A stretch of DNA of 64,000 bases, from assembly GCA_035507575.1 (NCBI GenBank), contig DATJNY010000023.1, positions 39 to 64,038 of the forward strand. The letters are read 5' to 3'. Numbering within the stretch: the first letter of the stretch is position 1; each line of letters begins with the position of its first letter. The notes beneath the pieces are model-generated. The model worked only from the letters and a program-made list of their open reading frames with translations. It was not told where the DNA came from and made no database searches. The stretch is from Thermoplasmata archaeon. Its GTDB lineage: Archaea > Thermoplasmatota > Thermoplasmata > Lutacidiplasmatales > UBA184. Below, piece by piece: positions 26,986-36,246 of the stretch. The position numbers were made by a program, and so were the translations under genes.

Positions 26986-27473
26986 AGAAGGATTCCGCGC
27001 GGATCCGCGCGTACGGGACGTTCGACGAGCTCGGCGCCCAGCTGGGCCTCGTCTCCGCGGAACTTCCGGAGCAGCTCGGCGAGTTGCGCGCGGAAGTGCG
27101 CCGGCTCGAGCACGAGCTCTACCTAGCGCAGACCGAGCTCGCGATGGCGCCCGGTGGCAAAGCGCCGGCCCACCGTATCGAAGCGCGACACGTCCAGCGC
27201 CTGGAGGCGGACATCGACCGCTTCGACGCGCTCCACCCCGAACTCCACTCGTTCGTCTTGCCGCGGGGGAGCCGTTCCGCGTCGCAGCTGCACGTGGCGC
27301 GCACGGTCGCGCGCCGGGCCGAACGGGAACTCTGGACGCTCCACCGGACGGAACCGCAGCGGCCGGAGCTCCTCCAATGGTCGAACCGGCTCAGCGATCT
27401 GCTGTTCGCGCTCGCGCTCGCGGCGAACCACGCGCTCGGCGTCGAGGAAGTCGCTCCGGATTATTCCACCTGA
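26898..27473 (+). CDS. pduO: ATP:cob(I)alamin adenosyltransferase, PduO type
   Basis: LYTRTGDRGTT, AYGTFDEL, FVLPRG, LHVARTVARRAER, NRLSDLLF. Confidence 0.93.
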   Translation: MAAGDESIPRLYTRTGDRGTTGLAGGARVEKDSARIRAYGTFDELGAQLGLVSAELPEQLGELRAEVRRLEHELYLAQTELAMAPGGKAPAHRIEARHVQRLEADIDRFDALHPELHSFVLPRGSRSASQLHVARTVARRAERELWTLHRTEPQRPELLQWSNRLSDLLFALALAANHALGVEEVAPDYST

Positions 27474-27495
27474 TCGTGAGAGAGGGCCGCGCGAC

Positions 27496-28692
27496 ATGGA
27501 AGTAGGTATCGTCGGCAAGCCCAACGTCGGGAAATCCACGTTCTTCAACGCGCTGACGCTGCTCGACGCTCCAATGGCCCCGTACCCTTTCACCACAACA
27601 GTACCCAACAAGGGACTCGGGGCAGTGCGCGCCCCGTGCCCGCATGTCGAGAAGCAGCAACCGTGCACGCCGGGCAATGCGAAGTGCGTGGACGGGACGC
27701 GGTGGATCCCCGTCAACCTGGTCGACGTCCCCGGGCTCGTGCCGGGGGCGCACGCCGGGAAGGGGTTGGGCCACCAGTTCCTCGACGACCTGCGCGCGGC
27801 GGACGGCTTCATCCAGGTCGTCGACCTCTCGGGCGGGACCGACGCGGAAGGACAGATCGTGCCCGCCGGAACCCACGATCCGTCCGCGGAGGTTGCCTGG
27901 CTCGAGGAGGAGCTGGTCGCGTGGGTCGCCGAGATCCTCTCCCGCGATTTCGCGCGCACGGCCCGCTCCACGGAGCTCGACGGAAAGAAGGTCGAGGAGT
28001 TCCTCGCCCAGCGCCTGACCGGTCTCTCGATCTCGGCCCCGGCGATCTCGGCGGCGCTCCGAACGGTCCCCGTCGATCGCCAGCATCCCGCGCGCTGGAC
28101 CGAGCCCGAGCGCGTGGCCCTCGCGCGCGAGCTGCTCCGCGTCGCCAAGCCCCGTCTCGTCACCGCGAACAAGTGCGATCGCGCGACCCCGGAGCTCGCC
28201 GCGGCCCTCGCGAGCCGGATCGCCCCGATCCCCGAAGTGCCCGCCTCGGCCGAGGCGGAACTCACCTTGCGGCGGGCGGCGCGCGCCGGGCTCGTCGCCT
28301 ATGCCCCCGGGGCTTCCGACTTCACGCTCTCCGATCCGACCCGCCTCTCCTTCGGGCAGCGTCGGGCCCTCGACGGCGTGCGCGAGATCCTTCGCGTCTG
28401 GGGCTCGACCGGCGTGCAATCGGCGCTGGAGCGGATGGTGTTCGAGCGCCTCCACCAGATCGTCGTCTATCCCGTCGAGGACGAGACCCACTGGACGGAC
28501 GGCCGGGGCCGCGTGCTCCCCGATGCGTTGCTGGTGCCCGCCGGAACGACGGCGAGCGAGGTCGCCTTCCGGGTCCACACCGACCTCGGCCGGAACTTCA
28601 TCCGGGCCGTCGACGGCCGCACGCACCGGGCGCTGGCCGCGGATCATGCGGTCGAGCCGAACGCGGTGATCCGGATCGTCGCCCGGAAGTGA
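27496..28692 (+). CDS. ychF: YchF/Ola1-related OBG-family NTPase (archaeal type)
   Basis: GIVGKPNVGKST, YPFTT, DVPGL, NKCD, C-terminal TGS domain. Confidence 0.92.
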   Translation: MEVGIVGKPNVGKSTFFNALTLLDAPMAPYPFTTTVPNKGLGAVRAPCPHVEKQQPCTPGNAKCVDGTRWIPVNLVDVPGLVPGAHAGKGLGHQFLDDLRAADGFIQVVDLSGGTDAEGQIVPAGTHDPSAEVAWLEEELVAWVAEILSRDFARTARSTELDGKKVEEFLAQRLTGLSISAPAISAALRTVPVDRQHPARWTEPERVALARELLRVAKPRLVTANKCDRATPELAAALASRIAPIPEVPASAEAELTLRRAARAGLVAYAPGASDFTLSDPTRLSFGQRRALDGVREILRVWGSTGVQSALERMVFERLHQIVVYPVEDETHWTDGRGRVLPDALLVPAGTTASEVAFRVHTDLGRNFIRAVDGRTHRALAADHAVEPNAVIRIVARK

Positions 28693-28699
28693 CCCGCCG

Positions 28700-29683
28700 T
28701 CACGACGGCGTCGCGGACGGGGCGAGACCGGCCCCTTCGGCGACCGGTCGCACCGCGAAGGCGAGGCCGCCGGCGCGCGCGAGCCGCCGCAGCAACTCCG
28801 TCTCTTTGCCGGGGACCGGGAGCGCGACGATCGACCCTCCCGCGCCGGCCCCGGTCAGCTTCGCGCCCTCCGCGGCGGGGGCCGCCGCGCGCAGAAGCTC
28901 CTCGAGCCGGGGATGGGAGACCCCCACCTCGCGCAGCAGTTCCTGATTGCGCGCGAGGAGGGCGGCGACCTCGGCTCGGTCCGCGTGCTCGACGGCACGG
29001 ATTCCGGACTCCGCGACCTCGCGAAAGCCATCGAGCAGCGCGGGGCCGTCCGGACGCGCGAGGCGCTCCCCGACCGCCCGGACCGCGTCCGCCGTGGAGC
29101 GGGGGATCCCCGAGTGCGCGACCACCCAGACCCAACCGGGATCGCTGACGCGACGCACCGACCAGTGACGGACCCCGTCCTCGATCGTCCACAATGGCTC
29201 ACCGGGACCGCCGTTGACCGCGAGGAATCCGCCCCCGACGACCGCTGTCGTGTCCCCGGGGCTGCCGACGCCCTGCGCCCCCCGCTCGATCTCGAAGCTC
29301 CGGCGGGCGAGCGTCGGTCGATCCATCCCGCCGGTCGCGGCCCCGAGGGCGGCTGCGATCGCGGCGACGAAGGCGGCCGAGGAGCCGAGCCCCGCGGCCC
29401 GGGGGATCCGCGATACCGATCGGACCTCGAGCGGCGGGCCGTCGGGCCAGAGGGTCGCGAGGGCGCGAGCGAAATACGGGTTCGTCGTCGCGGCCGCGGC
29501 GTCCCCATTGAGGCGAGTCGCTGCGCCGGGATGCACGAACACCTGGGTCTCGAGATCGATCGCGAAGACGAGCTCCGGCGCGCCGTGTACGATTGCATGC
29601 TCGCCGAACACGATGCACTTTCCCGGCGCGCGAGCGGCGACGGGGAGCGCGGAAGCGGGGATGGGCGGGAGGAGGGCGTTCAC
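28700..29683 (-). CDS. mvk: Mevalonate kinase (GHMP family)
   Basis: APGKCIVFGEHAIVHG, PRAAGLGSSAA, GSPGDT, AKLTGAGAGG. Confidence 0.85.
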   Translation of the reverse strand: MNALLPPIPASALPVAARAPGKCIVFGEHAIVHGAPELVFAIDLETQVFVHPGAATRLNGDAAAATTNPYFARALATLWPDGPPLEVRSVSRIPRAAGLGSSAAFVAAIAAALGAATGGMDRPTLARRSFEIERGAQGVGSPGDTTAVVGGGFLAVNGGPGEPLWTIEDGVRHWSVRRVSDPGWVWVVAHSGIPRSTADAVRAVGERLARPDGPALLDGFREVAESGIRAVEHADRAEVAALLARNQELLREVGVSHPRLEELLRAAAPAAEGAKLTGAGAGGSIVALPVPGKETELLRRLARAGGLAFAVRPVAEGAGLAPSATPS

Positions 29684-30252
29684 GAGGTCCTTCTCCGGTC
29701 GACGACCGACTTCCCGCGCGCCCGCGGCACGACGCGCCGCCGCCCCCCGGCGAAACGTCGGGGCGACGGAAGACCCAGCAGCCGATCGAGGACGACGGCG
29801 ACCGCCGCGACCTCGCTGTGGGGCTGGGAGCCGACGCCCACGTTGAGGTCGGCGAGCCGGTACACGTCGGGCGGCACCTTCGCCCCTCCGACGACCAGCA
29901 GGACCGGCGCGGGTCCGGCGAGTCGGGGGAGGGCCCGGTCGAGCGGACGCCCGTACATCGTGAGGTGCACCACGCGACCCGGGAACGAGCGGATCACCGA
30001 TTTCCAATCTTCGACCCCCTCGACGGTGAAGGAGCCCCCCCAACCCCGGGCGATGGACGCGATCCGTTCTGCAAGATCGGGGTCGGGCGGCTCGAGGTAC
30101 ATCCGGTCCGCCCCGAGCGCGCGGGCCGCGAGGGCGAGATGCGTCGTGAGACGGGGGTCGCGACCCGGCCGGTGGCCGAGGCGCAGGACGGAGACCGGCG
30201 GTCGTGCCTTACGGCGACGACTCCGCCTGGAATCGCTCGATGCGGTGGCCAC
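29680..30252 (-). CDS. trm56: tRNA (cytidine(56)-2'-O)-methyltransferase
   Basis: VLRLGHRPGRDPRLTTH, HLTMYG, VVGGAKVP, QPHSEVAA. Confidence 0.93.
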   Translation of the reverse strand: MATASSDSRRSRRRKARPPVSVLRLGHRPGRDPRLTTHLALAARALGADRMYLEPPDPDLAERIASIARGWGGSFTVEGVEDWKSVIRSFPGRVVHLTMYGRPLDRALPRLAGPAPVLLVVGGAKVPPDVYRLADLNVGVGSQPHSEVAAVAVVLDRLLGLPSPRRFAGGRRRVVPRARGKSVVDRRRTS

Positions 30253-30739
30253 GGTACTCCAGCCGTTCGGAGCGCTTGACGAGTCCCTTGAGGCGGGTCG
30301 GCGACATCCCGAGCTCCTCGGCGACGTCCGAGAAGAATCGACCCTCGGCGCCGACCGCGTCGTGGATCCGCTGCTCGATCTTCGCGTACTCCTTCGGACT
30401 CATCATGGCGATCGCGAGGATCTCGGAGACCTCGGCGAGCGGCGAGGTCGTGTTGATGTTGATCGTCGAGTAGTAGAAGTGGTAGCTCTTGTCCGGCTGC
30501 TTCCGGCCCTCGCGCGCGACCCAGCGCGTGTCGATGAGGCGCAGCTTTTCGAAGAACTGCAGCGCCTTCATGCCCTCCTTCCCGAATTCCCGCTCCACGT
30601 CCTCGCCGGTGAGCCAGCTCTCGCCAAGGCGCTGCACGAGACGGAGTTTGATCGGCGAGTCGACCGCCCGCAGGATGGAGACGAGGTCGCTCACGTCGTT
30701 GACGACCTTGATCCGATGCATTGCCGCGGACGTGCTCAT
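30209..30739 (-). CDS. ArsR-like winged-helix protein
   Basis: RIKVVNDVSDLVSILRAVDS..., C-terminal HTH (DVAEELGMSPTRLKGLVKRS); ATG overlaps the nop10 stop. Confidence 0.75.
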   Translation of the reverse strand: MSTSAAMHRIKVVNDVSDLVSILRAVDSPIKLRLVQRLGESWLTGEDVEREFGKEGMKALQFFEKLRLIDTRWVAREGRKQPDKSYHFYYSTININTTSPLAEVSEILAIAMMSPKEYAKIEQRIHDAVGAEGRFFSDVAEELGMSPTRLKGLVKRSERLEYRGHRIERFQAESSP

Positions 30740-30915
30740 CACGCTCCGGGCCCCGGAGCCGACTCGGCCAGCATCCGGCGATACTTGCCGTACCGGTCGG
30801 TCGGGTTGAACCGCACCGGATGCGGGGTCCGGGTCGCGGCTTGGCATTGCGGACACTCCGCGCGCAGCGTGTACCGCCCGCACGATCGGCAGAGCCGCAG
30901 GATCGACTCGGTCAT
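30739..30915 (-). CDS. nop10: H/ACA RNP protein Nop10 (58 aa, absent from the ORF track)
   Basis: Hand translation MTESILRLCRSCGRYTLRAECPQC..PHPVRFNPTDRYGKYRR; follows eIF2-alpha with an ATGA overlap. Confidence 0.92.
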   Translation of the reverse strand: MTESILRLCRSCGRYTLRAECPQCQAATRTPHPVRFNPTDRYGKYRRMLAESAPGPGA

Positions 30916-31688
30916 TGCCGGACGAACGTCCCCTGGCCCCCGGCCGCCTTGATCGACTTGAGCGCCGCGTCGGTGGCGCGCTTGAGCGTCTCCTCCGCCT
31001 GCTTATACTGCCCCGCCACGACCTTCACCCGGTACTTCGGCGCGCCGACGTAATGGACCTCGACCGCCTCCGGGTCCACCGCCTCGGCGGCCGCGAGGGC
31101 GTCCCGGACGTGCTCGATGCCGTTCGGCGTCGGATCCGACACCTCGAGCGTCCCGTGGATGGTCACCTGCGGCGGGACGATGTTCTCGCGCGCGACCTTG
31201 AGGAACGCCGACACCCAGGGGACCTTGTCGTTCTCGGCCTGGAATCGCTTCGCGTCGGCCGAAGCGACCTCGAACGCCTGGAAGAGGGATCCGTACTTCT
31301 CGACCAGGTGCGCGCCGAACAGATCGCTCGCTGCGTCGGGGGCGATCTTGAGGGCGAGGGCGACCTGCTCCACGAGGCGCAACGCTCGGCCCTCGTTCTT
31401 CCACTGCTGGGTCTTCTCACGTCGCTGGTGATCGTTGATGCGCTTCAGGGAAAGGTCGATCTGGCTCTTCGCCGGATCCACCCGCAATACGCGCGCGACG
31501 ATCTTCTGGCCCTCGCGGATGTGGTCGCGAATGTACTTGACCCAGCCCGTCGCGACCTCGGAGAGGTGGATGAACGCCTCCCGACCGGCGTACTCGTCGA
31601 GCGTGACGAACGCCCCGAAGTTACGGATCGAAGTGACGGTCCCGATGACGAGGTCGCCCTCCTCGGGATATTCCGCTCGGAGGGGCAT
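30912..31688 (-). CDS. eif2a: Translation initiation factor 2 alpha subunit
   Basis: YPEEGDLVIGTV, HLSEVATGWVKYIRD, IDLSLKR, YVGAPKY. Confidence 0.95.
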   Translation of the reverse strand: MPLRAEYPEEGDLVIGTVTSIRNFGAFVTLDEYAGREAFIHLSEVATGWVKYIRDHIREGQKIVARVLRVDPAKSQIDLSLKRINDHQRREKTQQWKNEGRALRLVEQVALALKIAPDAASDLFGAHLVEKYGSLFQAFEVASADAKRFQAENDKVPWVSAFLKVARENIVPPQVTIHGTLEVSDPTPNGIEHVRDALAAAEAVDPEAVEVHYVGAPKYRVKVVAGQYKQAEETLKRATDAALKSIKAAGGQGTFVRQ

Positions 31689-31705
31689 CCTCGGCGACGT
31701 CCTCG

Positions 31706-31879
31706 CTACGCAATGGCCCGGACGAGTTCGCCGCGCAGCTTCGCCTGGCCCCCCGTGGGGGTCGCGAGCGTCGCGCCGCACACGCCGCAATTGACGGTCG
31801 TCGCCGGTCGGCTGAAGATCGTTTGCTCGGTCGAGCAGTCCGGGCACTTGACGACCCAGAACGGAGAAGGAGCGCGCAT
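31706..31879 (-). CDS. rps27e: 30S ribosomal protein S27e
   Basis: VKCPDCSTEQTIFS...CGVCG...PTGG. Confidence 0.92.
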   Translation of the reverse strand: MRAPSPFWVVKCPDCSTEQTIFSRPATTVNCGVCGATLATPTGGQAKLRGELVRAIA

Positions 31880-31890
31880 GAACGACCTCG

Positions 31891-32175
31891 TCAGTGGTGC
31901 TCCACGAGCTCGAGCTGGCTCGCGCGCCAGCTCGCGGGTTGCACGATGTAGGAGCACTTCTTGCACCGGAATCTCAGATTGACCCGGCGCACGGCCTTCG
32001 CCCGGCCCTCGGGCTTCGGACGCGGGAACCCTCCGTAGCCCCGGGTGGCCCGCCGGAACCGGCGCTGCCCCCACTTCATCTCCGAAGCGGGACGCTTCTT
32101 GACCTTCTCCACTTCGTGGGCCGTGTGCAGCTTGCACTTCGGACAGTACGTGGACACGACCTTTGGATAGTGCAT
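31891..32175 (-). CDS. rpl44e: 50S ribosomal protein L44e
   Basis: TYCPKCKLHTAH, WGQRRF, GYGGFPRP, LRFRCKKC. Confidence 0.95.
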   Translation of the reverse strand: MHYPKVVSTYCPKCKLHTAHEVEKVKKRPASEMKWGQRRFRRATRGYGGFPRPKPEGRAKAVRRVNLRFRCKKCSYIVQPASWRASQLELVEHH

Positions 32176-32197
32176 CGGCGCCCGCCGAGACGTGCCC

Positions 32198-32209
32198 TAT
32201 ATATATTAT
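32198..32209. promoter_or_regulatory. TATA element for the rpl44e operon (possibly bidirectional)
   Basis: tatatatattat, about 23-34 nt from the rpl44e start codon. Confidence 0.6.
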
Positions 32210-32270
32210 CATGGGCGCCCGGGGACCGCGTTCGGGGGGACTCGGGCCGTCCGGCGAGTCGAACCAAGGG

Positions 32271-32807
32271 ATGAGCGGGGGCACCGTCGCGAGCGGAGGA
32301 CACGTGGCGACCGACGAGCTGCGAATGCGCGTCGCCCGACCGATCGACTTGCCCGAGATCCTGGAGATCCTCGCCGACGTCTCCGAGTGGGAAGTCGAAG
32401 AGGGGCTTCCGCATCCGTGGCCGAACCCGTTCCCCGCGAGTCGGCTGCTGCCCTCGATCGATCGCGAGGAGCTCTATCTCGCGGATCTCCGGGGGGGTGT
32501 GGGCGCAGGCACGGTGACTCTGCAATGGTCCGACGCGCCGTTCTGGGGCGAGCGACCGCCGGACGCCGGATACGTCCACCGCCTCGCCGTCCGTCGGCGG
32601 CACGCCGGCCGGGGGGTCGGGCGCCGGATCCTCGAATGGGCGGCGTCGGAGACCCAGGCTCGGGGGCGGGCGTACGTCCGGCTGGACTGCCTCGAGGACG
32701 CGCCGCGGCTGCACCGATACTACGAAGCGGCGGGATTCTCCCCCCGGGGCACCGTCACCGTCGGGGGTCTGCGCTGCGCGCTCTTTGAGCGGTCCTTGAC
32801 TCGCTGA
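32271..32807 (+). CDS. GNAT family N-acetyltransferase
   Basis: YVHRLAVRRRHAGRGVGRRIL, LDC, YYEAAGF. Confidence 0.9.
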   Translation: MSGGTVASGGHVATDELRMRVARPIDLPEILEILADVSEWEVEEGLPHPWPNPFPASRLLPSIDREELYLADLRGGVGAGTVTLQWSDAPFWGERPPDAGYVHRLAVRRRHAGRGVGRRILEWAASETQARGRAYVRLDCLEDAPRLHRYYEAAGFSPRGTVTVGGLRCALFERSLTR

Positions 32808-32895
32808 TCGCCCCCGGGATGCTCGTCCTCGAGGGACCTCACGCGAAGGCTTATCTACCGAAGCCTGCTCGGCGGCCGCGCTCCACGGGGAGAAT

Positions 32896-33534
32896 ATGGT
32901 CGACCGACCCGCGCTAGACGTCGTCACCGAGGTGCTCGGGAAAGCTCCCGAGCGCGGTTTCGAGGAGACCGTCGAGCTCTCGGTCAACCTGAAGGATCTC
33001 GACCTGACGATCCCCAAGAACCGTCTCGAGGACGAGGTCCAGCTACCGAACGGCCGCGGGAAGGCCGTCAAGGTCGCCGTCTTCGGTTCGCCCGAGCTCT
33101 GCCAGAAGGTCCGCGGAGTCGCTGACCTGGTCGTCCCCGCGAACGAGCTGGACGAATTCGCGAAGGACAAGAAGTCGGCCAAGAAGGCCGCGACCGGGAT
33201 CGATTTCTTCCTCGCCGAGGCGCCGTTGATGCCGACGATCGGTAAGCGGCTCGGCACGGTACTCGGGCCTCGCGGCAAGATGCCGCGACCCGTCCCGCCC
33301 GGCAGCGATCCCACGAATCTCGTCAACGCGCTGAAGCGGTCGATCCGCATCCGTTCGAAGGGCAACCGGACGTTCCACGCCCCGGTCGGGACGCGCACGA
33401 TGAAGCCGGAGCAGATCGCCCAGAACGTCGACGCCGTGCTGAACCGCATCCTCGGCAAGCTCGAGCGCGGTCGCACGAACATCGAGTCGGTGTTCGTCAA
33501 GACCACCATGGGGCCGGCCGTTCGGCTCTGGTGA
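32896..33534 (+). CDS. rpl1: 50S ribosomal protein L1
   Basis: FEETVELSVNL, LGPRGKMP, VKTTMGP. Confidence 0.96.
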   Translation: MVDRPALDVVTEVLGKAPERGFEETVELSVNLKDLDLTIPKNRLEDEVQLPNGRGKAVKVAVFGSPELCQKVRGVADLVVPANELDEFAKDKKSAKKAATGIDFFLAEAPLMPTIGKRLGTVLGPRGKMPRPVPPGSDPTNLVNALKRSIRIRSKGNRTFHAPVGTRTMKPEQIAQNVDAVLNRILGKLERGRTNIESVFVKTTMGPAVRLW

Positions 33535-33544
33535 GGGAGGTTCG

Positions 33545-34405
33545 ATGCCGGGTCGTGGATCGGTACCGCCCGAGCGGCTCGCCGAGGTGGAAGCGCTCGA
33601 AGGCGTGCTCCTCTCGCGTCCGATGACCGCGATCGTCGGCGTCCGGGGCGTACCGGCTTCCGCGCTCCAGTCGATGCGCCGGGAACTCCGCACCCGGGGC
33701 CACCCGATCCAAGTCGCCACGAACACCTCGATCCGCCACGCGATCGAGCGAGCGGCCCAGAAGCGGCCGTCGCTCGCTCCGCTGATGGAGCGGGTCGAGG
33801 ACCAGACCGCGGTCCTGGCGGCGGAGGGCAATCCGTTCTCGCTCTACCAGGAGCTCGCCCGAACTCGGTCGCCGACGCCCGCGCGCGGCGGAGAGGTCGC
33901 GCCCCGGGACATCCTCGTACCCGCCGGGACCACGAGCTTCAAGCCGGGTCCGATCGTCGGAGAGCTCCAGCACGCCGGCTTCCCCGCCGCGATCGAGAAG
34001 GGCAAGGTCGTGCTGAAGAAGGACACGATCATCGTCAGAGCCGGCGGCACGATCTCCCGCGAGGTCGCCGGTCTCCTCACGCGACTCGAGATCTTCCCGC
34101 TCGAGGTCGGCCTCTCCCTTCGGGGAGTCGTCGACGGCGAGACGTTCTACCCGCCGTCGGTCCTGAACGTGGATCTCGATGCCCGACGCGCCGACCTCGC
34201 CCGCGCGGCCCAGACGGCGCTCGGCCTGGCGGTCGAGATCGGGTACGCCACCCCCGCGACGGTGCCGCTGCTGGTCGGCAAGGCGCATCGGCGAGCTCTC
34301 GGGCTCGCCCTCGCCGCCGGCTACATCACCAAGGAGACGATCGAGCCCCTCTTCGCGAAGGCGATGCGCGAAGCGGCCGCGGTCGGTAAACTGACAGGCA
34401 ACTGA
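33545..34405 (+). CDS. rpl10: 50S ribosomal protein L10 (P0)
   Basis: [29 protein letters not shown]. Confidence 0.93.
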   Translation: MPGRGSVPPERLAEVEALEGVLLSRPMTAIVGVRGVPASALQSMRRELRTRGHPIQVATNTSIRHAIERAAQKRPSLAPLMERVEDQTAVLAAEGNPFSLYQELARTRSPTPARGGEVAPRDILVPAGTTSFKPGPIVGELQHAGFPAAIEKGKVVLKKDTIIVRAGGTISREVAGLLTRLEIFPLEVGLSLRGVVDGETFYPPSVLNVDLDARRADLARAAQTALGLAVEIGYATPATVPLLVGKAHRRALGLALAAGYITKETIEPLFAKAMREAAAVGKLTGN

Positions 34406-34436
34406 GGGTCCCCCCAAAGTCCACGGAGTGAGAACA

Positions 34437-34751
34437 ATGGAGTACGTGTATGGTGCGCTGCTGCTCAATGCGGCCGGAAAGCCGATCGACGAGAAGGCCC
34501 TCACGGGCGTCCTGAGCGGAGCGGGCCTTTCGCCCGACGCCGCCCGGGTGAAGGCGTTGATCGCCTCCCTCGAAGGGGTGAACCTCGCCGAGGTCCTCGC
34601 GAAGGCGGAGACGTTCTCGGCCCCCGCCGCCGCCCCCGCGCCCGCCGAGAAGAAGGACGGCAAGGGCGAGAAGAAGGAAGAGGAAAAGAAGGAAGAGAAG
34701 GGCGTCAGCGAAGAGGAGGCCGCCGAAGGCCTCTCGGCATTGTTCGGGTGA
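34437..34751 (+). CDS. rpl12: 50S ribosomal protein L12 (P1)
   Basis: [10 protein letters not shown], Ala-rich hinge, acidic tail [12 protein letters not shown]. Confidence 0.96.
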   Translation: MEYVYGALLLNAAGKPIDEKALTGVLSGAGLSPDAARVKALIASLEGVNLAEVLAKAETFSAPAAAPAPAEKKDGKGEKKEEEKKEEKGVSEEEAAEGLSALFG

Positions 34752-34836
34752 AGTTCGCGTCACCGCGAGCGCACCGCTTAAGAAGCGGGGCCGGGTGGCT
34801 CGGTCGGGAGGCCCCTCTCTCGCCCTCGATTGAGCC

Positions 34837-36243
34837 ATGCCGGCGCGAGACCACTGCGGGGTCGTAGGGGTCTCGCTCCAGGGGAAGGGCGCCGCGCCCT
34901 ACCTCTTCCGAGGCCTTCGCGCGCTCCAGCATCGGGGGCAGGAATCGAGCGGGATCGCCACCACGAGCCACGGCGTGCTCCACCACCGTAAGGGGATGGG
35001 GCTGGTCCACGAGATCTTCACCCAGGAGATGCTGGACGCCCTCCGCGGCTCGACCGGGATCGGCCACGTCCGCTACCCGACCACGGGCTCGACCGACCTC
35101 GAGAACGCGCAGCCGATCGTCTTCAAGCTCCGAGAGGAGGACGCCGCGCTCGCCGCGAACGGCGACCTCGTGAACTACGAGCGGATCCGCCGTCGCATCC
35201 AGATCCAGGGCGTCGAACTCCTCGGGAACGCGGACACCGAGACGATCGCCCAGGCGATCGCGCTCGAGTACAACCACACGCGCGACCTCGAGGCGGCGAT
35301 CCGCCGCGCGTGCCCCGAGCTGATCGGGGGCTACGCGGTCGTCCTCGTCGTGGGCAATCGGATCCTCGCCTTTCGCGATCCGCTCGGCATCCGCCCGCTC
35401 GTCTTTGGGACGGTCGAGGGGGGCGTGGCGGTCGCGAGCGAGTCGGTCGCGCTCGAGCTGATGGGCGGCAAGCTCATCCGGGACGTGCTCCCCGGCGAGG
35501 TCGTCGTGCTGGAGAAGGGGCAACTGCTCCGCACGTCGCGCATCCCGAGCTCGGGCGAACGGGCCCATTGCATGTTCGAATGGGTCTACTTCTCGCGCCC
35601 GGATTCGATCGCGGAGAACATCCCGATCTACGACGTTCGGCACCGGATCGGCATGGCGCTCGCCCGCGAGAGCCCGGTCGAGGCGGACGTCGTGGTGCCG
35701 GTCCCGGACTCGGCGCGACCTCAGGCCCTCGGGTTCGCGGAAGGCTCGAAGATCCCCTACGCGGAGGCGCTGATCAAGAACCGGTTCGTCGAGCGGACGT
35801 TCATCCTTCCCGACCAGAAGCGCCGGGAATCCGAGGTCCGCGTGAAGCTCCACCCCGTTCCCGGGCTCCTCAAGGGCAAGCGGGTCGTCCTGCTCGACGA
35901 CTCCATCGTTCGCGGCACGACGTTGCGCGAGATCGTCCAGATGGTGCGCAGCGCCGGGGCGACTCGGGTCGACGTGCGCGTCGGCTGTCCCCCCATCCGG
36001 GCCCCGTGCTACTTCGGCGTCGACATGAAGGACCGTCAGCAGCTCGTGGCGACGGGCCGCACCGAGGAGCAGGTCGCCGAGGCGATCGGCGCGGACAGCG
36101 TCCACTACCTCTCGATGACGGGCCTCGTCGACGCGATCACGATCCCGGCGGAGAACCTTTGCCTCGGATGCCTCACCGGCAAGTACCCCGTCGACGTTCC
36201 CGAGGAGCACCACCGCTTCCAGCGATCGCTCGAGGAGTTCTAG
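34837..36243 (+). CDS. purF: Amidophosphoribosyltransferase
   Basis: CGVVG, LQHRGQE, GHVRY.T, LLDDSIVRGTT, and Fe-S cysteines (CMFE, CYFG, CLGC). Confidence 0.95.
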   Translation: MPARDHCGVVGVSLQGKGAAPYLFRGLRALQHRGQESSGIATTSHGVLHHRKGMGLVHEIFTQEMLDALRGSTGIGHVRYPTTGSTDLENAQPIVFKLREEDAALAANGDLVNYERIRRRIQIQGVELLGNADTETIAQAIALEYNHTRDLEAAIRRACPELIGGYAVVLVVGNRILAFRDPLGIRPLVFGTVEGGVAVASESVALELMGGKLIRDVLPGEVVVLEKGQLLRTSRIPSSGERAHCMFEWVYFSRPDSIAENIPIYDVRHRIGMALARESPVEADVVVPVPDSARPQALGFAEGSKIPYAEALIKNRFVERTFILPDQKRRESEVRVKLHPVPGLLKGKRVVLLDDSIVRGTTLREIVQMVRSAGATRVDVRVGCPPIRAPCYFGVDMKDRQQLVATGRTEEQVAEAIGADSVHYLSMTGLVDAITIPAENLCLGCLTGKYPVDVPEEHHRFQRSLEEF

Positions 36244-36246
36244 CGT

